A stretch of 64,000 bases of DNA from the NCBI GenBank assembly GCA_963849325.1, contig CAWKHF010000012.1:864001-928000 (forward strand). The letters run 5' to 3'. Positions within the stretch are counted from its first letter, which is position 1, and every line of letters starts with the position of its first letter. The translations under genes and the position numbers were made by a program. This DNA comes from an uncultured Planctomycetota bacterium. GTDB taxonomy: Bacteria; Planctomycetota; Planctomycetia; Gemmatales; Gemmataceae. Below the pieces are notes generated by a model. That model was not told the DNA's origin. It made no database searches and saw only the letters and a list, made by a program, of their open reading frames with translations. This document shows, in pieces, positions 13,144 to 21,660 of the stretch.

Positions 13144-13584
13144 TCAATCCCGACCAAAGTTCTTGGGCAAGTCGAACGCGAACGCTTTGTCCGTGAACCA
13201 AACCTGAAAATCGCCGTCCTCGCAGATTGCCTTGCCTTGGTGCAGGTGGATAATCAGCTGTTTCTTGGTCCCCCGCACACTCAGTTCGGCGGTGCGAGCC
13301 TGACATACATAATCAACCTTTCCGTGGGCGTCCTTGTGTTTGAGCACCGGATTCACCAACGTCCGCCCCTGGAACTTTTTCACGAAAATGGTGATAGGCA
13401 GCCCCGGTACGTTGACTACGTTGTTCTGCTTCAGGCGATAATAGAGATACCCGGCAGCGTTCATTTTTGTCTCCGCCGACCCCTCAATGGGAGCGGACGG
13501 GGCCGTTCTTCCGCACGGCCCCAAGAAGGCCGCCAGGAGAAGGACAGAAGACAGGATCGCACAGAAGCGGAGCGGATTGCACAT
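13144..13584 (-). CDS. Hypothetical exported protein
   Basis: 146-aa ORF with hydrophobic N-terminus and AGGAGG ~6 nt upstream of the ATG. Confidence 0.6.
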   Translation of the reverse strand: MCNPLRFCAILSSVLLLAAFLGPCGRTAPSAPIEGSAETKMNAAGYLYYRLKQNNVVNVPGLPITIFVKKFQGRTLVNPVLKHKDAHGKVDYVCQARTAELSVRGTKKQLIIHLHQGKAICEDGDFQVWFTDKAFAFDLPKNFGRD

Positions 13585-13679
13585 GGCCGTTGACCTCCTG
13601 GCGTGGCTTTCAAAGAGCGGAAAGATGCCAGCCGAGATATATACTCGCGGAGCGAAGGCGGGGCAACAGCGAGAACAGG

Positions 13680-13723
13680 AAGGGTGTCAGGAACCTTTTC
13701 GGATCCGAAAAGGTTCCTGACAC
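13680..13723. repeat. Perfect 48-bp REP-like palindrome, split by the IS4 element (remainder at 15240-15243)
   Basis: Reconstructed AAGGGTGTCAGGAACCTTTTCGGA|TCCGAAAAGGTTCCTGACACCCTT. Confidence 0.85.
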
Positions 13724-15228
13724 GAATGGCGTTCGGTTAAGCGTAGCCTCTTTCGCTGCTTGAACTTCTGACGATCTTGGAAAGGCGGCAGCCTCCTGCC
13801 ATGATGGAGTTGTCCAGACCTCATCATCTCAGGAGGCCGCCATGCTTAGTATGTCGCAAGCCCTCGAACGCATCAAGGGTGCTACCGCCCAATGGATCGA
13901 TGCCCCCCTCATCCATTCCCTCGCACGAGCGCTCCGTCTCGGCGAACATCAGCGTCGGCTGACTCCCCTGGTCACCACCCACTTGTTCATCCGCCAAATC
14001 CTCGAAGGGAACACCTCGGTCTCCGAACTCCGCCGCCTCGCCAAGCTTTCCTTCGCAGACTCGTCCTACTGCGAGGCCCGACAACGCCTGCCCGTGCCCT
14101 TCTTCCAACGACTGGGCGTCGCCGTCCTCGACCGCTGCCGCTCCAGCGACAACGACCCACGCGCCTTGTGGCATGGTCATCGCGTCTTTTTCCTCGATGG
14201 TTCCAGTTTCTCCATGCCGGACACGCCCGACTTGCATGCCGCCTTCGGTCAGAGTGGCCAGCAGGCCCAAGGCTGCGGCTTCCCCACGGCCCACCTGCTG
14301 GTGCAGTTTCATGCCTACACCGGCTATCTGATCAACGTCATGCCGGGACCGTTACGGACGCACGACCTGGCCGACCTGACCTGGACCCACCGCGGACTGC
14401 GGGCTGGCGACGTGGTGGCCGGCGATCGCGCTTTCTGCTCCTATGCTCACCTGGCGATGCGACACCAACGAGGCGTTTTCAGCCTCTTTCGTGCCCATCA
14501 GCGTCTTATCATCTCCTTCAAGCCGCGGCGGAAGCACGTCGCGCCGAACCGTCAGCCCCGCAAGGCAGAAGCGGGCTTGCCCCACTCGCGCTGGCTGCGT
14601 CGGCTGGGCCGCGACGATCAACTCGTCGAGTACGTTAAGCCAGCCGAGTGTCCGGCCTGGATGGACAGCCAGGAGTATGAATCCTTGCCGTCGTCGCTGG
14701 TGGTCCGTGAGGTGCGTGTGCCGATCCGGACGCCGACTTGCCGGGTGCGGGAGTTGACCCTGGTGACAACGCTGTTGGATCGACGGCGTTATCCGCCGGA
14801 GGTGTTGGCTCGGCTGTACGAGAAGCGTTGGGGCGTGGAAGTCAATCTGCGTCACCTGAAACAGACCTTGCGCATGGACGTGCTGCGTTGTGAGACGTGG
14901 CAAGGTGTGTGGAAGGAACTGTTGGTCTTCGTGCTGGTGTATAATCTGGTGCGTCGGGTGATGGTGGAGGCGGCGCGACAGCAAGAGGTGGAACCAGAAC
15001 GTATTAGCTTCGCGGATGCGTGGCGTTGGTTGCGGGAAGCGCGGCATGGCGAAGAATTGCCGCGGCTGCAGGTAGTACCGTGTCGTCCCGGTCGCGTGGA
15101 ACCGCGGGTGAAGAAACGTCGGGCCAAACCCTACGACTTGATGAACCAACCACGAGCCGCGCTGCGCGAGAGATTGTTGCATCAAACGTCACCACCACAA
15201 GAAGATGCGGCTTAACCGAACGCCATTC
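13724..15228 (+). mobile_element. IS4-family insertion sequence, 1505 bp, 19-bp terminal IRs, 11-bp TSD
   Basis: IRL gaatggcgttcggttaagc (13724-13742), IRR gcttaaccgaacgccattc (15210-15228); TSD gttcctgacac at 13713-13723 and 15229-15239. Confidence 0.95.
13842..15215 (+). CDS. IS4-family DDE transposase
   Basis: FLDGS, GDRAF, Y(2)R(3)E(6)K signature YEKRWGVEVNLRHLK; intact 457 aa. Confidence 0.95.
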   Translation: MLSMSQALERIKGATAQWIDAPLIHSLARALRLGEHQRRLTPLVTTHLFIRQILEGNTSVSELRRLAKLSFADSSYCEARQRLPVPFFQRLGVAVLDRCRSSDNDPRALWHGHRVFFLDGSSFSMPDTPDLHAAFGQSGQQAQGCGFPTAHLLVQFHAYTGYLINVMPGPLRTHDLADLTWTHRGLRAGDVVAGDRAFCSYAHLAMRHQRGVFSLFRAHQRLIISFKPRRKHVAPNRQPRKAEAGLPHSRWLRRLGRDDQLVEYVKPAECPAWMDSQEYESLPSSLVVREVRVPIRTPTCRVRELTLVTTLLDRRRYPPEVLARLYEKRWGVEVNLRHLKQTLRMDVLRCETWQGVWKELLVFVLVYNLVRRVMVEAARQQEVEPERISFADAWRWLREARHGEELPRLQVVPCRPGRVEPRVKKRRAKPYDLMNQPRAALRERLLHQTSPPQEDAA

Positions 15229-15259
15229 GTTCCTGACACCCTTACTTCTCGGCGGCTTT

Positions 15260-15858
15260 CTACCCCCCTACGATCAGCGACAGGATGCCGACCAGCTTGG
15301 GCAGTTGGCGGACGTGATACTCCTGCTGGTCGAGAGCCACCGCCGACCCCACCAGCCGCAGGAACCGCCACACCGACCCGGATGTAACGGCCCCGTAGAC
15401 CTCGCTCCCCGGCTGCCCCTCCCGTTCGTTGAACAGCCGCGCTCCGACCATCGCCGCCACACATTGCCCAAGCCCCGACTTGAGGTTCTCGTTCTTCGCC
15501 TCCACGATGGCGGCGACCGGGCTCCGCAGGAACTGTTGCTCCGGCGATCGGGACAGGATGAAGTCGCAATACCCCGCTAGCCCTTGGGACGCATCGACCG
15601 TGAAGTCGATCCCGGAGAAAACGCTGAACCGGTGTCCGAGCTGAGCCCGGAGGGCGGCCAGGAGCGGGGCGATCACCAACTCGGAACGGGCCTTCTCGGT
15701 ATTGATGGCCAGGGCGAGCGGGACGAACTCCGGCAGCAGGCGCGGAGCAGCGGCCCCGGCTCGACTTCGGGCGCGTCGCCGAACAGGTCGGGCACGTCCG
15801 TGAGGGTGAGGCCGAACCGGTCGATCACCTCGCGCAAGGTGAAGTCGCTGTATGCCAC
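15260..15858 (-). CDS. Putative PD-(D/E)XK-fold protein; integron cassette 2 ORF (frameshift ~15740)
   Basis: GTG start with AGGAGG RBS; MAYSDFTL...GYCDFIL...IVEAKNE...GLGQCVAAM...YGAVTSGSVWRFL; D...ExK pattern. Confidence 0.7.
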
Positions 15859-15881
15859 GCGCCCTCCTACACGCCTCTTTC

Positions 15882-15970
15882 GCCGAACACCCAGATCAGC
15901 AGCCAGTTGGCCAGGACAGATGTTGAAGCTTGGAAAGCCAGAATGGCCGCCCGGTCTGCTGCAGCGCCTG
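15882..15970 (-). other. Integron attC site, main part (R'' box displaced to 17804-17810 by the IS110 insertion)
   Basis: Reconstructed bottom strand: GCCGAAC-CAGGC-GCTGCAGC...GCTGATC-TGGGT-GTTCGGC; canonical 7-5-8...7-5-7 spacing, 96 bp, two extrahelical bases. Confidence 0.85.
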
Positions 15971-16056
15971 GATACTCATGAAGGCTCTTGAAGCACACTT
16001 GAAGGAGACAGCACTCAGCCGCTGTCTCCTTCACCTGCTAACAACGAGAGGTCTTC

Positions 16057-17106
16057 ATGCGCTACTTCCAACCTCCACCCGACACCCGATTCTATGCCGG
16101 CGTCGATCTCCACGCCAGATCCCTCTTCCTCGTCGTCCTCGACCACACCGGACAGATTCGCTACGCACGCAATCTCCCCGCCGCACCCCAGCCCTTCCGC
16201 AAAGCCATCACACCTTTCCGCGATGGACTCGTCGTCGGCTGCGAGTGCATGCACTGCTGGTACTGGCTGGCCGACGCCTGCCGCGACGACAACATCCCCT
16301 TCCTGCTCGGACACGCCTGGGCAATGAAAGCCGTCCACGGCAGCAAGACCAAGTGCGACCGTAAAGACGCCGAGGCCATCGCCCACCTGCTCAAGGGCGG
16401 CAACTTCCCGCTCGCCTACGCCTACCCCAAAGAACGACGTGGACTCCGCGACCTGCTCCGCGCACGCCTCCGCCTGGTCCGCCAACGCGCCGAACTCTAC
16501 GGCCACGTCCACACCGCACGACGACAGCTCAACTTGCCGCCCATCTCCAACGATGTCAAATACAAGTCCAAGCGTGCCAGCGTCCTGGCCGACATCGACG
16601 ACGACTGCGTCCGTCGCCGCGTCGAGGCCGACCTGTCGCTGCTGGAGCCGCTCGATACCACCATCCGACGACTGGAGAAGGACATCGAGGTCGCCGCACG
16701 ACAGCACTATGCCACCGAGATGGCCGTGCTGCAATCGACACCCGGCGTCGGCCTCGTCATCGCCCTGACCATCCTTTTGGAGATCGACACCCTCGAACGC
16801 TTCGACACCCGCCAGCAGTTCTGCTCCTATGCCCGGCTATGCGGCGCCCGCCAGGAGTCGGCCGGCAAGAAGGTGGGCACGGGCAACGCCAAGCAGGGCA
16901 ACGCCTGGCTGAAGTGGGCCTTCTCCGAGGCGGCCGTACTCAGCGCCCAGAAGGACGAACGCATCGGCCAGTACCTGGACAAGCTGTCGGGCCGTCTGGG
17001 CCAAGCCAAAGCCTTGTCGGCATTGGCCCACAAGCTGGGACGAGCCTTCTACCACATGCTCCACAAAAAGGAGGTCTTTCAGATCGACCAATTCCTGAGA
17101 CACTGA
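16057..17106 (+). CDS. IS110-family DEDD recombinase/transposase
   Basis: AGVDLH, CECM, KCDRKDA (DEDD RuvC-like); coiled coil; PGVG and ESAGK serine motif in the C-terminal domain; intact 349 aa. Confidence 0.95.
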   Translation: MRYFQPPPDTRFYAGVDLHARSLFLVVLDHTGQIRYARNLPAAPQPFRKAITPFRDGLVVGCECMHCWYWLADACRDDNIPFLLGHAWAMKAVHGSKTKCDRKDAEAIAHLLKGGNFPLAYAYPKERRGLRDLLRARLRLVRQRAELYGHVHTARRQLNLPPISNDVKYKSKRASVLADIDDDCVRRRVEADLSLLEPLDTTIRRLEKDIEVAARQHYATEMAVLQSTPGVGLVIALTILLEIDTLERFDTRQQFCSYARLCGARQESAGKKVGTGNAKQGNAWLKWAFSEAAVLSAQKDERIGQYLDKLSGRLGQAKALSALAHKLGRAFYHMLHKKEVFQIDQFLRH

Positions 17107-17780
17107 GAAGCCAGGGCGCGGCCGGCGAGCCGAAGCCGAACGGGAGCCGCTACGGGCTAACCCTTACGACGACCCCCACCATCCAGGGAGCATCGACTCC
17201 GCAGTGGGGGTCCGGGACCGCCCAGGCATCCAGCCGCTTTGATGGGACGCCGGCCGCGTCCGTATTATTTCGACCGCGGTGGTCGCAAAAACAGGCCGCG
17301 ATCCGCCGGTGGGTCGGGGGACCAACGGGATCAGCGTAACGCTGTCCCAAGGAATCGGGCTTGGCTTTGAGCCATCCCACGTCCTCCCGACCCCCGCCAG
17401 ACCGCGACCCGTGATCGCAAGGAGCCATTCGCCCGGACGATCCGCCCCAGTCGCCAGCCTGGCCGAACGGGACGCTCCTTTGGGGGAGTGAGCCAGTCGC
17501 TTTTTGAATGGCGGCGAAGCTGGGAACGTATGAATATCGGGACCGGCCAGGGCAGGTTCCCTGGCACAGCCGCCTGGTCCTTCGGGTCTGGGCCGCCGGA
17601 GTCCGCATGAGTGTTGGGTGCGGTTCGCCTCGGCCGTGGGCCGAAGGTGTTCCGCGTCCGTCGCTGATATCCAAGCCGGATCGCCGAGGACGATTGCTCA
17701 CTGCCGCTGCAACCTTGTTCGGTCATCCTTCCGGCAAGAAAAACGCCGGAGATACCCGTTCCCGTGGAAAATATTTTTAC
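17107..17780 (+). ncRNA. Candidate bridge/seek RNA region of the IS110 element (boundaries unknown)
   Basis: ~700 nt inside the element with no credible ORF; hairpins (e.g. ccagggcaggttccctgg 17547-17564); short matches to target and element ends. Confidence 0.55.
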
Positions 17781-17803
17781 TTGACACCAAGAGCCTTATG
17801 AGT
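17781..17803 (+). promoter_or_regulatory. Outward-facing -35 box; forms TTGACA-N17-GATACT promoter at the circle junction
   Basis: ttgaca at 17781-17786, exactly 17 nt to the element end at 17803; left end begins gatact (15971-15976); AT-rich tract just upstream. Confidence 0.75.
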
Positions 17804-17810
17804 GTTCGGC
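17804..17810 (-). other. attC R'' box (GCCGAAC on bottom strand)
   Basis: Lies ~30 nt after the stop codon of the 17840..18349 ORF; complementary to the box at 15882-15888. Confidence 0.8.
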
Positions 17811-17839
17811 CGCATTGTCTGCTGCAATCCTTGAGCGAA

Positions 17840-18349
17840 TTACCACCAACACCTGGCCTGCCCGACGCCTGACTTCGGGATCAGCCCAATCCAATCGGGA
17901 TTCAAGCGCCGTCCGTAGCGCCCGGAGGAGTGAACTCCCGCCACACGGGCGTAGCGGGCGAACACCCGCCGACTGCCTCCTTCAATACTCCGCAAAATAC
18001 ATTGCGTAAGCCTCTCGCGCTGTCCTGCGTTCAGGTGGCAACGCTTTAATCGATGCAGGATTTTTTCTTTGATGTATCCCGATCGAAAAAACCAGGGATC
18101 TACTTCGAGGAAGCAGATGGCATCTTCCACTGCTTCGGGTTCTTGCTGTCCCAACTCCTGGAGTCTCTTGGCAAGGCCGCCGGGGAAAGCTAAGTGATCG
18201 TAGAGACCCAGAAACGAATCGCGGGCAGAAGCGTAATTCTCCGAGCGATTTTGCACGGCTTCATTAAAGCGCCGATTCAGTGCGGCCAGGCGCGTCGTAC
18301 TCTCGACAATTTGCCGATGGCGAACGGTTATGCTGCGATTCTTGGACAT
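17840..18349 (-). CDS. Hypothetical protein; integron cassette 1 ORF
   Basis: 169-aa ORF, visibly more AT-rich than flanks, bounded by GTTCGGC 5 nt before the ATG and by attC after the stop; FLEVDPWFFRSGYIKE segment. Confidence 0.7.
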   Translation of the reverse strand: MSKNRSITVRHRQIVESTTRLAALNRRFNEAVQNRSENYASARDSFLGLYDHLAFPGGLAKRLQELGQQEPEAVEDAICFLEVDPWFFRSGYIKEKILHRLKRCHLNAGQRERLTQCILRSIEGGSRRVFARYARVAGVHSSGRYGRRLNPDWIGLIPKSGVGQARCWW

Positions 18350-18354
18350 ACGTT

Positions 18355-18373
18355 GCCGAACATCTGATTATGT
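18355..18373 (-). other. attI-like simple site
   Basis: Bottom strand ACATAAT-CAGAT-GTTCGGC (L box, 5-nt spacer, GTT core); no matching attC arm found upstream. Confidence 0.55.
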
Positions 18374-18381
18374 CGCGCACG

Positions 18382-18457
18382 TGCGCGATCTAGCAAGGCT
18401 GCTGCGCAACCTAGCAAGGCTGCTGCGCGACCTAGCAAGGCGCTGCGCGATCTAGCA
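18382..18457. repeat. Four tandem ~21-bp direct repeats
   Basis: tgcgcgatctagcaaggctgc / tgcgcaacctagcaaggctgc / tgcgcgacctagcaaggcgc / tgcgcgatctagca. Confidence 0.9.
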
Positions 18458-18668
18458 CGACTCTCCTTATCTATCCGCAACGTTGCGCAACCGTCAAGGA
18501 AAAACGACTCCCCTTTGAGATTTTTCAGCCTCGCCACCGCCACCGTGGCCAGGGAGTCGGTCTTGACGGCCCTGCGGCGCCTGCATTACTATTCGCCGGC
18601 CTCTCGGTGCCTGCGTGCCGTCGATACCGCACTCCCACCTCCGATACTGCTCCAGAAAGGACGCCGCC

Positions 18669-20722
18669 ATGTCGGACTCGCTCACTCGTCCGCGTCGATT
18701 CGCCGTGTCGGCCCCTTCTCGGCCCCCGAGCGCGTTCGCCACGTTTGTCCGCGGCGATTCGTCGCGGACAGCTCCGGCGGGGTGGATGGTCCCGGCGCTG
18801 GTTTTTCTTGTTACCCTGCTGCTCGCCGGCGCCCTGTACGTCCGCTTTCTCGACGTTCACCGCCATCTCTGGGACGCGCCGTTGCACGACCGCAACGCCC
18901 ATTATCTTTTCAGCCTGAAGCTGGCGACGGCACTGCGGAACGGCCAGGTGCTTGCGTTCCTGAATGATCTCAACGAGGCGCGCGTCTGGCCGCCCTTGCA
19001 CGGCCTGCTGGCGGCGTCGCTGCTGTTGGTGGGGGGGCTGGATTACCGCCTGGCCGTGTTGCCGAGCCTGGCCGGCTGGATCGGCGCGGTCTTGTTCGCA
19101 TTCCTGACGGCGCGACGAATGGTCGAGCGCGGCGGCAACACGGCCGGTCTTCTCGCCGCCCTGTTCGTCGCGGCCAGCCCCGCTCACCGTGCCTTTGCCA
19201 CGGACATCATGCTGGAGGGTCTCGGGGCGGGACTGTCCCTGGCCGCCCTCTATGGCTATCTGCTGGCCGTGCAGGGTCGGCCGGATGAGACGTGGAAGGG
19301 GCGTTGCCTGGGCGTGATCCTCTCCGCCCTGTTTCTGGAGAAATACAATTACTGGCTGCTCGTCGTCCTGGCCCTCCTCCTCGCGGAATGCCTGACGCGG
19401 CCGCGCCTGTACTTCGCGGCCGTTCGCCGCCATCTGCGCGGCATCGACTGGCGGCGGGCGCGGCGCAACTCCGCCATCCGCTGAACGGGGCCGTCGTTGC
19501 TGTCGTGCTCTTGAGCGCCGGGGTGTACCAGCATGGCGATCAGCCTCTCGTCGTGGCCGGCCGTAGTCTCTCGCTGTATCCTCCGCACAACTTGATAACC
19601 ATCGCCTACGTCCTCCTGTTCCTGCGCCTGGCCCCGTGGTGGTGGCGGACGGGTCGGCAGCGGGTCCGACAACTCGACGGCCGACTGCGGCAGGTGATCC
19701 TCTGGCACCTTTGTCCGCTGGCCGTGTGGTTTCTGCTGCCCAAGCACCTCAGTTACTTCCTGTGGTATCTCAGTCCCGCCGACTGCGGCCCAGGTCAGGG
19801 GATGGACCTCGCCGCCGGCGTCCGCGATTACAGCAACTGGCTGACACACGACTATCATCTCAACCCGGTATGCGCCCTGGTCGCTGTGGGGCTGTGTGTG
19901 GCGGGCCTGTTGGCCTGGCGATGCCTTCGGAGGGGGGGGCAGGTCGTGCTGGTGCTGACGGTGCTGGCGGCGGTGTTGACGGTGACGCACCCCAACCACA
20001 AGAGTCGCAACTTGCATTCGTGGATCGCGGCCATCTGGGTGGGTGCGGGCGCGGGGGCGGCGTCGCTGATTTATGGCCGCGCCACCGCCGGTTGGCCGCG
20101 TCTGCGGCCGTGGCTGGCCGGCGCGGTCGTGACCGGATTGGCATGGATGCAGTATCCCGCCCTGACGGCGTCCGGGCACGCTCCCGAGGGCGGGCCTCAC
20201 CCCGACCATCCGTCCATGCTCGACGCGACCGACGGTTATCTCGCCGACCTCGACGGCGCATGCCGCACCCTCATCCTGACGGCCGCGCCGGTCAAGCCGC
20301 TGACGCAATGGACGTTTCTGCAGCGCTTCGGCGATTTCAAACGTCTTGAAGAACGCTGGTATGGTTTCGGCGAGGCCGGCGCGGACAACCGCCGCGGCTT
20401 CGTCCGCTGGCTGCAAACGACGGATTGCGACACGCTGGTCTATTTCGAGGCGCTCCGTCCCCCGGAATCCTGGCCGGACACCGGGCCGGAGTGCCGGCCC
20501 CACGCCGAGTTGAGCGACGTTTTGCGAACGCAGCGTGTCTTCCACCTGGTCAAACAGTGGGACGTGCCGCATTATTTCTGCCGCGTACAGGTGTGGAAGC
20601 GCGACTCCGAAGCTCTCACCCTCCTGTCAGACGCTCCACGATGGCCTTCCCCTGGCGCAGTGCCTCTGCCGGCGCCGGGTTCGCCGGATTCAATTCCAGC
20701 GATAGCCCGCCTCGATAATTGA
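18669..20722 (+). CDS. GT-C type (ArnT/PMT, GT39-like) membrane glycosyltransferase (frameshift ~19460)
   Basis: Many TM helices; HDRNAH, WPPLHG, DIMLEGLG and KYNY motifs; continues in ORF 19292..20722. Confidence 0.7.
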
Positions 20723-21410
20723 TTTCGCGCAACACGGCCATCACGGCGGCGAGTTGTTGCTCCGTCAGGCAGCCCGTGAACAACGGCCAGTGCAGATCGC
20801 TGGCCCCGTCATTGTCGTCCAGGTGGACGTAGCCGAGCCGGTCGTCGGCTTGCCGTACCACGTCGGCGGCGTCTTCGCGGCTGAGAAGACAGTGGCCCAC
20901 GTCCAGGAGTATTCCGAGATTGGCGTGTCCGACCTGCCCCAGCCAGTCGAGCGTCCGCGCCGCCGTGGGCAGGGCGCGGCCGGGAACGTGTTCCACGCAC
21001 AGGCGAACCATGCGGGCGGCGGCGTAGTCGGCCAGCAGGGTACAGCTCTCGGCGAAACAGGCCAGGGCGGTCTCGCTGCCGTCGGTGCCGGGCACGAGGT
21101 ACGCGGTGGTCGCGCCGAGGCGAGCGGCGTCTGCCAACTGACGCCGCAGCAGTTCCAGAGCGGCCCGACGCAAGCCAACGTCGGCGGCGTCGAGTGCATG
21201 GCCCGCAGGCAGGTTGCGTCCCAGGGCCGCGCACGAGACCAGCAGGCCGGAGTCGGCCAACGCTTCCAGGTACACGGCCGGGCGATCCGTCTCGGCGACG
21301 ACATCGACACGGGAAAAACCAAGGGCGGCGAGTTGCGGCAGCACGGCGACGAAGTTGCCCGGCAGCGAGGTGGCGAAGGCGGCCAGGGGCCAGGAGTGAT
21401 TCGTGGTCAT
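20616..21410 (-). CDS. Sugar phosphate isomerase/epimerase (xylose isomerase-like TIM barrel)
   Basis: LCVEH, LLDVGH, YVHLDDNDG, YRGGLSLEL. Confidence 0.85.
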   Translation of the reverse strand: MTTNHSWPLAAFATSLPGNFVAVLPQLAALGFSRVDVVAETDRPAVYLEALADSGLLVSCAALGRNLPAGHALDAADVGLRRAALELLRRQLADAARLGATTAYLVPGTDGSETALACFAESCTLLADYAAARMVRLCVEHVPGRALPTAARTLDWLGQVGHANLGILLDVGHCLLSREDAADVVRQADDRLGYVHLDDNDGASDLHWPLFTGCLTEQQLAAVMAVLREINYRGGLSLELNPANPAPAEALRQGKAIVERLTGG

Positions 21411-21484
21411 GGGTGACACTCGATTGTCAGCACACGGCGCCGGCAAGCGCCGGCTGTCTTTCCTGGAGGATTATAGGAAAGAGT

Positions 21485-21540
21485 CGAGCCGCGACCGTTA
21501 GGGAGCGGAGAAAGCCACGCTCCCTAACGGTCGCGGCTCG
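21485..21540. repeat. REP-like palindrome, family B
   Basis: cgagccgcgaccgttagggagcg...cgctccctaacggtcgcggctcg. Confidence 0.85.
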
Positions 21541-21660
21541 GCTGGGCTGGCGACGTGACCGTCTGGTCCGTAAAAAAACCTCAACCTCACGCGGGCACGG
21601 ACACGCCCATCCGCCGTGCGGGGGCTGCGAACGCCAGGCACACCCATCCGAAGGCGGGGC

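Larger units (their letters stand above)
15971..17803 (+). mobile_element. IS110-family (IS1111-like, attC-targeting) insertion sequence, 1833 bp
   Basis: Imperfect IRs actcatgaaggctcttg (15974-15990) and caagagccttatgagt (17788-17803); no TSD; removal restores the attC; short left end and long non-coding right end; boundary could shift by 1 nt because of a shared G. Confidence 0.9.

Noticed and set aside
17150-17726. ORFs within the IS110 right end as passenger genes
   Set aside because: Low-complexity Arg/Pro/Gly-rich translations on both strands, with no motifs or clear RBS.
18382-18457. Direct repeats as a CRISPR array
   Set aside because: Units are contiguous with no unique spacers, and no cas genes are visible in the window.
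20616-20722. 107-nt convergent overlap of the glycosyltransferase and isomerase genes as antisense regulation
   Set aside because: The overlapping tail is low-complexity read-through, common in GC-rich DNA, and may result from an indel.
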